In this document: positions 36,001 through 47,155 of the stretch, piece after piece
How positions within the stretch are numbered: the stretch's first letter is position 1
How the letters are laid out: each line of letters starts with the position of its first letter
Assembly: GCF_001949145.1 (NCBI RefSeq)
Contig: NW_019091357.1
Span: forward strand, 310,001 to 369,519
Direction: 5' to 3'
Origin: Acanthaster planci
Taxonomy: Eukaryota
DNA length: 59,519 nt
Position numbers and translations under genes: made by a program
Notes under the pieces: generated by a model
The model's database searches: none
What the model saw: the letters and a program-made list of their open reading frames with translations, nothing else
What the model was told of the DNA's origin: nothing

Positions 36001-39000
36001 TTCAAAGTGTTATGTCTGTGTTATCACAAACACTCTTTTACGTGTAGAAGAAAGCAGGGTTTTAAGTCTTCAGTTGGTAAAAGGTTTTCCTCTTTTACAA
36101 AGATCCTGTAATTGTAGTGGCCAGTTTCGAAAAGTTATTAGCAAGGATGATGCAACTCCTGATGTTCCAGCAAAAACAGTCTTTTTACTTCCAGATCTTG
36201 ATGTTGCAGCTGGTATAATTTTTCAACAGAATCAGTTACATAAGCACTGGTATATCATACATGTATTTGGCCTGACAACTTAATTCATCTGTTAATGCCT
36301 GGAGTTGCAAAACTCGTAAATCAAGGTACATTGAAGTTCCTTAGTTACAGTTGCTTCTTGGTTTATTTCTTTTAAGTCATTTCCTGGATGGAGCCGTTCC
36401 TTTTCACTCTTTCAGGCTTTATCCAAATTTCCATTAAATCTCTCCCGTACCAGTTTCATCTGTCTGATGTTCAGTTGGCTGAAGGTCTGCATTAATCTTG
36501 TCTGTGTCATCAACGTCGTCATCACTTTGTTACACACCGCAATGACATCCCTGTGCAAAATATTGTAAACTGTCCCGTGACTGTTCTCTTCATGTGAAAT
36601 TCCTCCACTTTGTCCAGCTAATTTCCAGCTGTGTTTTCCTGTTGGTTGACTTTAAGTGCTATTTGCTTTTAATGAGCAGCAGGACCACATGGTGATGATG
36701 GATCAAAGCCGCTAGTTTTCACTGAATGCCATCTTGTGCAGCCATTGGTCTTGCTTTGAAAGAAAGTGACACATAATATACTGCAATATCGCGCGCTGCC
36801 AACCTCTGAAAACTGTATTTCGCATCCAAGTACCATTGTCCACTGCATGCCTCAGTTCTTTTTGGCTGTTGGTATGAAGCCCAGGCAATTACCGTACACC
36901 AGCTATCATGTTAATTTATAATGGGTCCAGCTAGCAGACTGTAATTGCCAAAGCGTTCCTCTAACGACCACTGACGCTAAATAATTCGCTACAGAGGTTT
37001 ACTAGATCATGCTTCGTAACTATGGTAACACTTTAACAATGTATCATGCAGTACGGAAGCATTGTTGTAGGTCTTGTTAGCCAAGAGGACCTAAATGTCT
37101 GCTTTGAGATTATATTATGCGTTGTTCAAGTATATATTTTTGTTCTACAAAAATGACATTTAAACTAAAATGGGAAACATTGTCTGGGAAAGCAATTGGA
37201 CATTTTAGAAATTGTCTCAGATTATGTTATCATTCTACAAACTTCAGTTGAGTTCACCCTAGCCCTTAAATTCTTTTGCAAATCATGTTTTTTAGAGGAT
37301 CTGTTGAAATGCTGACCTGTTTTCATTTGCCATCATGCTCGGAGGAGAGGTATAGGTTGCCATTTCCCCACCTTATCAAAATGTCCCCCCCCCACTCCAC
37401 TGTTTTCATTTACACCGTCTTTTTCTGCAATTGCTGTCCTTTGATTTATACATTAACTCCTACAGAGTTACATGGCATTGTTTATTTTCTGCTGAAGCCA
37501 AGTAGTAGCGATGAATTTTGACTTGTTCCTTTGAAGGTGACCTGGCTTATGACTTTAATTGTCATTTCATTGATAAAATCATTAAAATTTAATCGGGATG
37601 ATTTGGAGAGTCAGGTTCCTGTAGATGACGTTTTATGCAAAATGAATGGGGCTGGTGGAAAATGCAACTGTTCGGCACCTGTTATTGCTAATTTGGTCAA
37701 GTGTTTTATTCTGAAAGCTCCTTCTAAACATTATATTAGTGATCCCATTCCAATGTGGTTGTTTAAGGAATGTATAGATGTTTTACTTCCTATCATTACA
37801 TCTATGGCTCATTGTTCCTTCAGAAATGGTGTATTTACTGCTGAATGGAAAAATAACGTGGTTGTTCCTTTGATTAAGAATGTGGAGCTGGTGCCGACTT
37901 GTCAAATTTCAGACCAATCAGTAATTTGTGCTTCGTTTCAAAATTAGTGGAACGTATAGCTGCAGATCAAATCACTGTTCATATGCACAAGAACAATCTT
38001 TTCCCGGCAACTCAATCAGCGTATAGGCAGTTTCACAGCATAAAAAACCATGCTTTGTAGAATTACTACTGATGTGTTTCAAAATATGGGTAACAAACAG
38101 GTTTTACTTAGTGCATCATTTGATACGGTCGACCACAATTTGTTGCTCCAAATTATGGAGAATGACTGATATGACAGTTGTGTAGTGTTACAATGAAAAT
38201 GTTTTCAACCAACCACATCCTTGTTAACATTTACCAACTTACAGATTACCGGTATGTAAACAACATTTACAATGTTAAGTGGTAGCTGTATGTAGTAACC
38301 ATAGCAACTGACATTGGTAACCATGTTGGTGCCATAGTAACCATATTTGATGAAGATAAAAGGGGTGTCCTGCAAAATTAAGTGGTCTCATAGTGTGAAA
38401 CATTGAATATGGCTTCTTAATGAATCACTTAGCGATGTATGTATTCATTGTGTGATAGTCAAGTGTGATTTCAAAACATGATTTTGTGTTTAAACTTGTA
38501 GGATTTAATGTGTTCTCCATTATGAAATTTATTCTACTAAGCATTTGAGTAAGTTGTTGTGTTTGATTTATTTTTGATCAATATCAGGAGCTTTGTCGTG
38601 AAGACTGTTGTCCTTGTACGTCATCTTGGTCCAAATACACCAACTAGAGAGATACCTAGCAGTGATCAAGGAGTTAAGAGACCGTGCATGAGTTTAAAAG
38701 TAAGCTAGTTTGAACACAGAATCTTACGCTGTACATTTTACCCCTCCCCCTACACTAAAACAAATTGATGTAGTGTTGTCAACTACTTTATTATCAGGTC
38801 TTAGTAAGATCTTGAGTAAAAAGTTCTCAAAGGTTAAACTTGAAGGCAAGTCTACTGAGCTTACCCATGGTCACCCGACTAATTCCAAAACCAGAAAGCT
38901 TCATAGCAGGTAACTGATTCACCATCTTGACATCATCAATCACTGGTGACTGTTTTTGACCTTGTTCATGGACAGACTAACTTTGTGGAAGGTCGTGACC

Positions 39001-42000
39001 ACTGGTGGCATGATATCATGACAGGAGTTAGTGATGAATGCGATCCAGTGTGGTTGGAGGTGGAGGAACCTCTGTTCATGCTCTACACAAGGTACAACAC
39101 ATATGGGTCATTCCATGAGGTGGGGGCACTATTTGTGACAGTGTCCTTGTTACATGGGTAACTTTTACCACCTGTCATGACCTGTAAAGTAAGTCATGCA
39201 CTCTCTAAAAGTAACACACACCTCTGTATTCAGCCTTCTAAGATGTATAATTTGGAATCCGCATGCAGGGAAAAAGCTGTTCATTTTTACAGAACCCACG
39301 TAACAACGGACACCGTCACAATTTGTGCCCCAACCTCATGGAATGACCCACATCTTAAATTGCCTTAGCAGATGACTTTCAAATGAAAATTGGTATTGAA
39401 GGGCATGAGAGCAAGGAAAATCTAGCGACGTAGAGGTCTTTGATGACCTACATGTGCATGCGCATTGGATCAATACTGATAGCTTCATGCCAACAGAGCC
39501 TTCATCTATTCCATCAAGACTGTTGAAAAGTAAGCACAGGAAAAGCATGTTTATTGTTTAAACTCCCGAGGAAAAAATGACGTAAAATCATTGGGGTTAA
39601 CAGCAATCTCAATGCATGGCCAATCATTAGTACGTTCATACCTTGAAATAATAGTGTTATATTCTAGTCCGTCACAAAACCAGTCTCAAGTCCTTTCACA
39701 AGACCTATCCCACTGGGTAATTAACAGGGTGAACAGTGGCAAAGGAATGCTTTTTGAAGAGCTTGAGACTTGGCTTAAGACTGGATGACTTTGTTGTGGA
39801 CTTTCAGGGACTGGGACAGACTTGACCACCACTCTGCAAAATAGTGCTAGAGTTATGGCATAATGTCCTGCTACAGTCTCACTTTTTACTGCCTGCTTGG
39901 GTCCTCCATAACGTTGATAGTTGACCCCTTGATCTCAGAGCTGATCAATTAATTATCAATACACTTGTTGTCATGGTTTATTAACTTTTTAGTGGCTCGA
40001 CTGGCAAACCAAAAGGTGTCCTCCACACGCAAGCGGGGTACATGTTGTACGCGGCTACCACCTTCAAGTATGTGTTCGATTACCATGAGGGCGACATTTA
40101 CTGGTGTACAGCTGATATTGGATGGATTACAGGGCATTCGTATGTCGTGTATGGACCTATGGCCAATGGAGCAACAAGCGTCATGGTAAGCATGGACTGA
40201 ATGACATCAAAGATAAATAACTTTGGGTGTGTTCGTTTAGCCATCACGTGATCTTTGTGCCTGCCCTGGTGTCAGCCACCACCACCCCAGGTGGTGAGTG
40301 GGTCTCTGGTGGCTGCCCACGTGTATTGACGTCACAGACATCGACAGACTGTACTTTGAGTAAACATGGTAGCAAACTTATTCCCAGAATGCCTAGGCTA
40401 CTACACCGTAGCATTCAATTAGCCTCATTTCAAGGCTTCCATTGTGCGTAATCTCAGTGTATTCAGGGAAGTTAATCCAACGCACCCATTATTTCAGAAT
40501 GTTGGAAGTTGGTGATGTTGCTGCTACAAAGGCATTTTATGTTGGTAATCTCTCACTTTACCTGGAGTTATGTATTGCTACACTGGCATTACAATACATG
40601 TAGATTTCATGCTTGACAAGAGAGGGCGCTGTCACCAATTAGTAATAACCACAGATGCGTAAACCCATAGACAGACAGCTTGTTTTCAAAACAACAGCGA
40701 CCATTCAAAAGCGTGGGCAAATTCACCCCTCAGTGTAGGGAATTTACACACAGTTGAAGAATTCAAGCCATAAAATTCTATGATAAAGCCATATTTCGAC
40801 TGTGAAAAAAATCCTCTATTTACTTAATCTGGCCCATGCAGATTTGAAACAATGCGGTTGCAACTTTTGAAGAGAAGAGATACATGTAGCAGTACCGAAG
40901 AGTAAAAAAGGGAACGTACTTTGAGAGCACATGTACATAAATACATGCATTACCAGTGTGTGTCACGCGCAACTCGCACTGAACCTGCTGCTATCCATCG
41001 CTTTTCAAAATCACGTTTGTGGTCTATGTGTTTATATGTCTGTGATGATAACCCATTTGAAGGATCTTTTTGCTTCACTTGACCTGCAATACCTGTCTCT
41101 AAATTCGTAATTGGTTAACAAACTGTCTTCTTACCTGAGCCTTATGTTCAGTGTTCTGTAATATTGGTTGTGATCTTAAATACCTGTACTTGCAAACAAA
41201 CAAGGTATGTTATGTCTTTGTCGTTTGTATAGTTTGAAGGTATCCCTACCTACCCAGATGCTGGACGATGTTGGCAGATAACAGATAAGTACAAAGTCAA
41301 TTTGTTTTACACGGCGCCCACACTGGTACGCAGTCTAATGAAGTATGGCAAGGAACCAGTGAAGAAGTAAGTCATTTGACTTGAATTAGTTGATTAGTAC
41401 TTTACTTTTTGTAAAAATATCTGTAACCTTTTTTTTTTAATGTGTTTTTGATGACAGAATCTAAGTTTTGACACGTTCGGAAATTAGAGTTTTGGATAGG
41501 CTTTGGCAAAAGTTAACAAATTGCATATAAAAAGTCAAGTTTTGGAATTACTGTTCCTTGTAGGTACAGCCGTAAGTCTCTGAGGGTTCTTGGCAGCGTA
41601 GGGGAGCCTATGAACCCAGAAGCTTGGTTATTCTATTATCATGTCATCGGTGACGGTCGATGTGCCATCAGTGACACATTCTGGCAGACAGAAACGGTGA
41701 GAAACCGAATACAAGGGACTTTTAGGCACACTATCAGAAGCACCCCCCTCATCAGTTGAAAAGAGCCATTTTGGTTGGGAGTGTTTATTTTGTTGGTAGT
41801 GATGCGACTGTAACACATGGATTTTGTAGTTGTTTATGAACTAACTAAGTAAAGTTCTGACCAATGGTACCTCCTTTGCTTGGACAATTGCACTCTCTCT
41901 TGGTCCAGCTTGAGGCTCTGAGCTTGAGGTCTGTGATGGCTAAAATGTCTCTGCTATTGACTCAGTATTGAACTCCTACTTTCAGTGCTCTTAAATGTTG

Positions 42001-44021
42001 CCATGATTATGTTGTAGTTTTATTTCTCAGCAGACTGTGTTGCCTTTACTATTGTTGACTCTTGGGAGAAAAATGCTTGGCTTTAAAAACTGATTGTATT
42101 ATTTTCTTGACCCCATTTTGTGTGTGTGTCTGTTCAGGGTGGACACACCGTCACACCTCTCCCAGGTTGCACCCCGATGAAGCCAGGAGCTGCTGTAAGT
42201 TAACTTAATAATTTACTACCTACTCCAAGAATTCACTTTAGTGAAAGAAATCAGACAATTTTGAGCTGATTACTTGAATGAAACGTTTTTTTCATGTACC
42301 AGTATTTCTTGTCCTACACATTGTTTTGAGATCATTGGTTGTTTTTATTTTCTTGCTGATAGTCTTTCCCGTTCTTTGGCATTGATCCGGCAGTCGTTGA
42401 TGAGGAGGGTAAAGAACTCGAAGGAGTTTGTGAAGGATACCTGGTAAGTAAATTGTTCAAAAGATCCAAGTGGTAGAAATTCTGTTGCCATTGGAATCTA
42501 AAGAATGATGTCAAATTCTTGATGTGTGATTTCAACAATAGTTAACAAGGACAGTAATGCCAGGTATGTTTAACTGAAATATATCATAAATTTACGAGGT
42601 TACCAAGGAGGTAATCCTTGCATCTAGAAATGTGCCAAGCAAATTTGTAATTTTTGGATTTCTGCCAATTTGTTTTTTTCCCCCTTAATTTTGATAGGTC
42701 TTCAAGAAGCCTTGGCCAGGTGTAATGAGGACAGTGTACGGGGACCATGAGAGATATGAGAGGACATATTTCAGACAATTCCCTGGCTACTACAAGACTG
42801 GAGATGGTAAGATTCTAGCGTTTTATTCAACAATGCAGCTTTGTTTGAGGATGTTATTCCTCAACTGCAGGTCTTAAGAAGCCTCTCTCCTACCACTGAG
42901 GAAAATTCATTGCAGAATAGGTTGTTTGGCCTGTGCTTGGCTGATAAATAAATTATTTTATAATCAACATGTTGATCTTAAAACTAATCTCTCAACCAGT
43001 CAGTCATCATCATTGTTATGTTCGAGCAATAAATTCTTGAGACTAGAATTTGAAGATTGAACAAATTGGAGTAACTGTTTTGCCAGGCTGTCGACGGGAT
43101 GAAGATGGTTACTTCTGGATCACTGGCCGGATTGACGACATGTTTAATGTCTCTGGTCATCTACTGAGCACAGCTGAGATTGAAGCTGCCTTGACGGAAC
43201 ATCCAAAATGTGCTGAGGCAGCCGTTGTATCTTACCCTCACAAGACTAAGGGAGAATGTTGTTACTGCTTCATCACCCTCATTGAGGTAAGGATTAGGAG
43301 TGACCAGCCAGTAATGAGTCCACGTGAGTAAGTGGTGCCTTTCCTTCTTGAGAAAGAGCTGATGTTACGAAAATTTTATGAATTGAATGCATGAAACTCA
43401 TTCATTGTGAGATTTTTTTCTTCCAGGGAGCTGAGTTTACGGAGCAGGTTATTCACGAACTTAAAGAACTAGGTAAGGAGATCTGGATCAATTATTGAAG
43501 TCCAAGTTTCTTACAGTAATAAGTTAATATCTAAATGCAGGAGTTTAACCTCAAAAAACAGTCTCAATTAAGATAAAAAATGTCCAAATGACGTCTAACT
43601 GTAACTACCCTAGGCTTAAAGCAACATGAAACTTGACTTTAGGCTTTTGACTTGTTACATTGACATTGAGTTCAAATGAAGTACCTCTTTGTACCACAAA
43701 CTGATGACCATAAATGTTTCATTTTCTTCTTGATACAGGGATTTTTATAATTAGATAAAAATAAGAAGTTTTGTTTGTTTTTCTTTAGTTCGTATCAAAA
43801 TCGGTCCCTTCGCAGCCCCTGATGTTCTCCAGAATGCTCCTGGCCTGCCAAAGACACGCTCAGGGAAGATCATGCGTCGTGTTCTGCGTAAGATAGCTCG
43901 TAACGACAGGGATCTGGGTGATGTTAGTACCATGGCAGACTCAACAGTTGTTGACGTACTGTTCAACAACCGACCGGATGTTGAAAAATGGGCCAGTCTG
44001 AATAACCAAGTGGTACTGTAA
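24062..44021 (+). CDS. ACSS2: Acetyl-CoA synthetase, cytosolic/nuclear type (696 aa, 16 exons)
   Basis: Exons 24062-24393, 27535-27626, 29062-29165, 29515-29587, 30496-30571, 38588-38699, 38976-39091, 39993-40185, 41233-41366, 41564-41696, 42138-42194, 42363-42443, 42698-42806, 43087-43286, 43427-43472, 43789-44021. All are GT-AG and sum to 2091 nt in one open frame. Motifs: [54 protein letters not shown]. No mitochondrial presequence. Confidence 0.96.
24922..25013. repeat. GC-rich 92-bp near-perfect hairpin in ACSS2 intron 1
   Basis: CTACCCCCAGAGCTGTGCGGGGTCCGACGTCCACCCCGTTCCCAC-cac-GTGGGAGCGGGGTAGACGTCTGACCGGCACAGTTCTGGGGGTAG; arms of ~44 bp. Confidence 0.9.
29707..30146. mobile_element. 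Tc1/mariner-type (pogo/Tigger-like) MITE in ACSS2 intron 4
   Basis: TA|CAGTCAAACCT...AGATTTGACTG|TA: terminal inverted repeats, TA target-site duplication, subterminal GACCACCTG/CAGGTGGCC motifs. Confidence 0.85.
31069..31880 (-). pseudogene. Decayed class A GPCR, paralog of the receptor at 34955-35965
   Basis: Fragments in shifting frames align with the intact copy: MPTSS...[21 protein letters not shown]...[14 protein letters not shown] (Trp replaced by TAG at 31657-31659); [43 protein letters not shown]...[22 protein letters not shown]. It is ~200 nt shorter than the intact gene. Confidence 0.88.
34168..34358. mobile_element. Tc1-like MITE (191 bp)
   Basis: TA|CACTACTCAAAAA...TTTTTGAGTAGTG|TA: perfect 13-bp TIR with TA TSD. 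Confidence 0.85.
34955..35965 (-). CDS. Intronless class A (rhodopsin-family) GPCR, aminergic/TAAR-like orphan, nested antisense in ACSS2 intron 5
   Basis: 336-aa ORF with 7 TM segments. N-glycosylation site (NNT); GN in TM1; SLAAYD in TM2; WPFG..C in ECL1; AERY in TM3; FAICWTP in TM6; NSFFNVFIY in TM7; NRSFR in helix 8. Confidence 0.93.
   Translation of the reverse strand: MGNNTDEEPLSPFLIALRTCFVAIVVIMIIAGNALSIAVTRSMPTLADSTKLLMVSLAAYDMLTGVISIPNVIASAFNTWPFGKLYCSINGTVDATCCCMSITLIVLMNAERYIAVTMPFRFSTLCSKQRVITVVLTASIVSLALQICLTYFKEIKIQFEAVLVCDVGFNGTIYEISVLFFLVIIPLVVLTYIYLKLIKLSQNHVVMLNKSKNVENENSFLENKALRAFLVVTILFAICWTPLRVVRIIAAITGETQPTWLTFTAKGFAVCNSFFNVFIYCFFNRSFRQATTRLMARYFLCPKASVAPVTPLTIRDETMKPIVRRKGKPTLISVQL
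37590..38165 (+). mobile_element. Degenerate non-LTR retrotransposon (L2/CR1-group LINE) reverse-transcriptase fragment
   Basis: APSK...[20 protein letters not shown]...S...GVF...WK...VVPLIK; after a frameshift, [18 protein letters not shown]...QSAYRQFHS; then SASFDTVDH. These are N-terminal LINE RT motifs, interrupted by frameshifts and stops. Confidence 0.88.
40650..41044. mobile_element. MITE with ~23-bp TIRs, possibly hAT-type
   Basis: CACAGATGCGTAAACCCATAGAC ... GTCTATGTGTTTATATGTCTGTG; TIR differences are mostly CpG-type transitions. Flanks GTAATAAC / ATGATAAC resemble a decayed 8-bp TSD. Confidence 0.65.
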
Positions 44022-46080
44022 AGTCCAGTGATCAGTTGTGGAACACCAGAAGCAGATGATATTGGCAATGTTCTTTACTCTCCCTCAACCTTTAAAGGCT
44101 ACAAGAAGAAATTTTATTGATATCTGATGATTTTCGTACTCAATCTTGCAAAGTGAGATTTCCCAACTAATTATCTTGTTCAGCGTTTCACTCGATAATG
44201 ACAATTGGCAAAGCACAAAACTAATTTGGGGACCATTTTACCTCGTATCAGGAAGAATGTTTGCGGAGATTCCAAGCCGTTTATTTTGCAGATGTTCTCT
44301 TTTTTTTATACCGGATGATTTTCCAGTCAATTCAAGTTACCTTTTATGTAAATTACAAGTCGATTACTTTGAGCTGAAGCCCAGCATTGACGATATTGTT
44401 TCCTTTTGTTGCGCAGATTCCATTCATTTTCAGAACTATTCAGTGTAGAATTTAATGTAAATGATACTAAACCTTAAGCTTTCAGGGAGTATGCTATTTC
44501 AGGACAGGATGTATTCTTTCCTTGTGTTTTTAACTAAATTCTTAATTTTAGCCGATTCTTACTGAAATACTTAGAGAATCATTAAAATGACATGGCCTCC
44601 ATGTTGAAATCCCCTCAGTAGTGAAGAAATGAGCTAGGCTGATACCTTGCTCGTGGTGCAAGACCACAGACTCCCGTGATTTGTGCATATGAATCCAATT
44701 ACATCTACTTCTGTGAATACTCCACACTTTTCACCTGCAAACCAGTGTGCCAATGTAACATGTTGGCCCAGTGGTATGTTGTCGTTGGTTAAAACAAGAA
44801 GACCTTGTCCATGCTTGGAATCCATGGGGAGAAAGCAGAATGATTAAAATAAGACACCTGCTGACAACTTCATGACATTTTTCAATCTTAAGCTCCCTAT
44901 TCATTTTAAGGAGGGCTTGGGTTTTGGTGATGGGACTCTGGATCTTCATGTTTACTTTGCTTGTTTACAAACCAGCTTTCAGCAACTGAGCATGGGGAAA
45001 AGTAAACAAAGTCATTTTTCCAGTTTACTTTTTGGTTCTCCTCGCTCAGATGGGATGAACTAATGAAGAATGGTCTTTCATTCCTGTTAACTTGTAATCT
45101 TTACAACGGCTCATTCTTTGCATAAAATACCTATGAATAATTTATTTTGCCACCTTTTCACATTAACAACTCTTATGTCAAGAAGACGACATTTTCCATT
45201 GGATGCAATTATCCGGATAAATTTTGTAGCCTATCAGCATTCAGTGTCGCTGAGAACTGGTGATTTGTGCAGGTCAGCGTTCCATCTTCATTTTATATTT
45301 ATGAGCTGGAGGACATTTAAGATCATATGAAATGTTGATAAAATGTCTGAGAATTCAGCTCACATCTGTGAAATATTTTTTGATTTAAGCAAGCAATAAA
45401 TATTTAGTCTTAGTTACATATGTATCAATCATTCAGCAGTAGTTAATGTGCACGCATTACAGCCAGGACACCAAACATTATTTTTTGTTTTGCCACTGAA
45501 TTTGACTGTATTCCAGCCTGATTGGTATCAGGTAGTTGACAATCAAGCACACACTAATTTCTGACTAAAATGAACCTGTCAGTGTACGACCATTTTAATT
45601 GATAATGGATATTTAAACTAAGATTAAAATGAACGTTGGAATAAACCTGTCGTTTGTCACTCATCGGTTCCAGGAACCTGAAACATGTACACACAACTGT
45701 TAGTCATTTGTTGGTTTTGTTTGCAATTTTAATTAAATATTTGTAGAAATGGTTAACAGGACCATGTATGATGTCATTTTTAGAAAGAAATGTAAAACTA
45801 ATTATAACCCTTTTGATGCATGTTTTACATAATTCAATCGACAGTTTACTCAGATGTATACCTCTTTCCTACTAAGAAATATTACACAATTCAATGCCCG
45901 TCAATTATTCTATTCAGGTTAGCCCCAATTGTTAGCCAGTGATTTCTTCTTCAGTTAGCATCACTTTTATATATTTCTGGTTTTAGATGAAATGGTATAG
46001 ATGTCTGTACTGTCAGTGTTTCAAACACTGTACAGTGGGAACATTGTTACATTGTGTTAGTTTTCATAAATTGACAACAA

Positions 46081-46134
46081 AATAAATCAACATGCAGCTT
46101 TCATTTATAAAGCAGAGTTTGGTTTACATTTATT
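46081..46134. terminator. Convergent polyadenylation signals (candidate ACSS2 and RPA2 3' ends)
   Basis: AATAAA on + at 46081-46086 faces AATAAA on - (TTTATT at 46129-46134). Other candidate signals exist for both genes. Confidence 0.4.
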
Positions 46135-47155
46135 AGGTTATACGTGTATATCCAATTTGTGAAACATCATTTTTACAAGTATAAAGATGACGTAACTTCT
46201 CACAAATGACCCCATTTTGTTAACGAGGAAAGCAGACTTCTGAAACATCTGGCATGTAATGTACAAGCATGATTGATACACAACAAAAACCAAATCAACA
46301 TTTCCCAGAAAAGGCCAAGGCAAATCTTTACAAACGTTGGGTTTTTCCTAGCACTTGGAAAACTTGGTGCAGTTTTAATCTCAAATGCTTACTCTATGTA
46401 AAACTTGCCCGATGGCTTTTGCAGTACTATTGCTAAAGGAAATTCTACTTTAACATTTCAACTAAATCTGATTAACAAGGTGTAATCAGTTTGATAGAAA
46501 ATGGAATGGAAAAGGTATTTTCCTCCAGGGTAACCAGTGGAGGACTTGAAGTCAAACAATTTTCACAGTATAAACAAAAGAAGGAGAAAACAAGCATTGA
46601 TGCACAAGACTAGCGACTGTCCAAAGTACGATTAATGGAAGTCTGTAAAACCTGGCATGTTAGTAATGTTCAATTGGACAACCTGAATCTTTCTCAGTAT
46701 TCTTTTATAGGAAAAAACACATGTATAGAAGCTTTGTATAGTAGCCATCTTACAGGGCAGTTTTGTTCAAAAGGGTATGAACAAAGGTTTACCTGTGGAA
46801 CAAAAGAACTGTCCTTCAAGATGGCTACCATGCAAAGCCTTTATTGCTGTTCTCTGTAACACAAGCACTCCAAATGGAGACATTCACATGTAGTCTGGAA
46901 ACTTTTGATGTTATTTATTTAATGTGTGCATAAATATAAGTCACAAATACTTATTATCCATTATTCAGATGAAACAGCAGGCTGTGTACAGGGGCTATTT
47001 AAAAATGACATCTTGTTGCTGGTATGTCCGTCCAAAAAGAACATTCCTGGGGCATAACTGTAAAAACACCAGGAATACTTCAAAGAGAGAAGGGGAAAAA
47101 GGAAGCGCAGTAACAATTTTCTGGATGGAAGGTTTGAATTTAATGGGTAGAACTT

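Noticed and set aside
35130..36047. Plus-strand ORFs over the GPCR, and likewise antisense ORFs over PAQR, ACSS2 and ECHDC1 exons
   Set aside because: Antisense shadows of real coding sequence with no recognisable domains.
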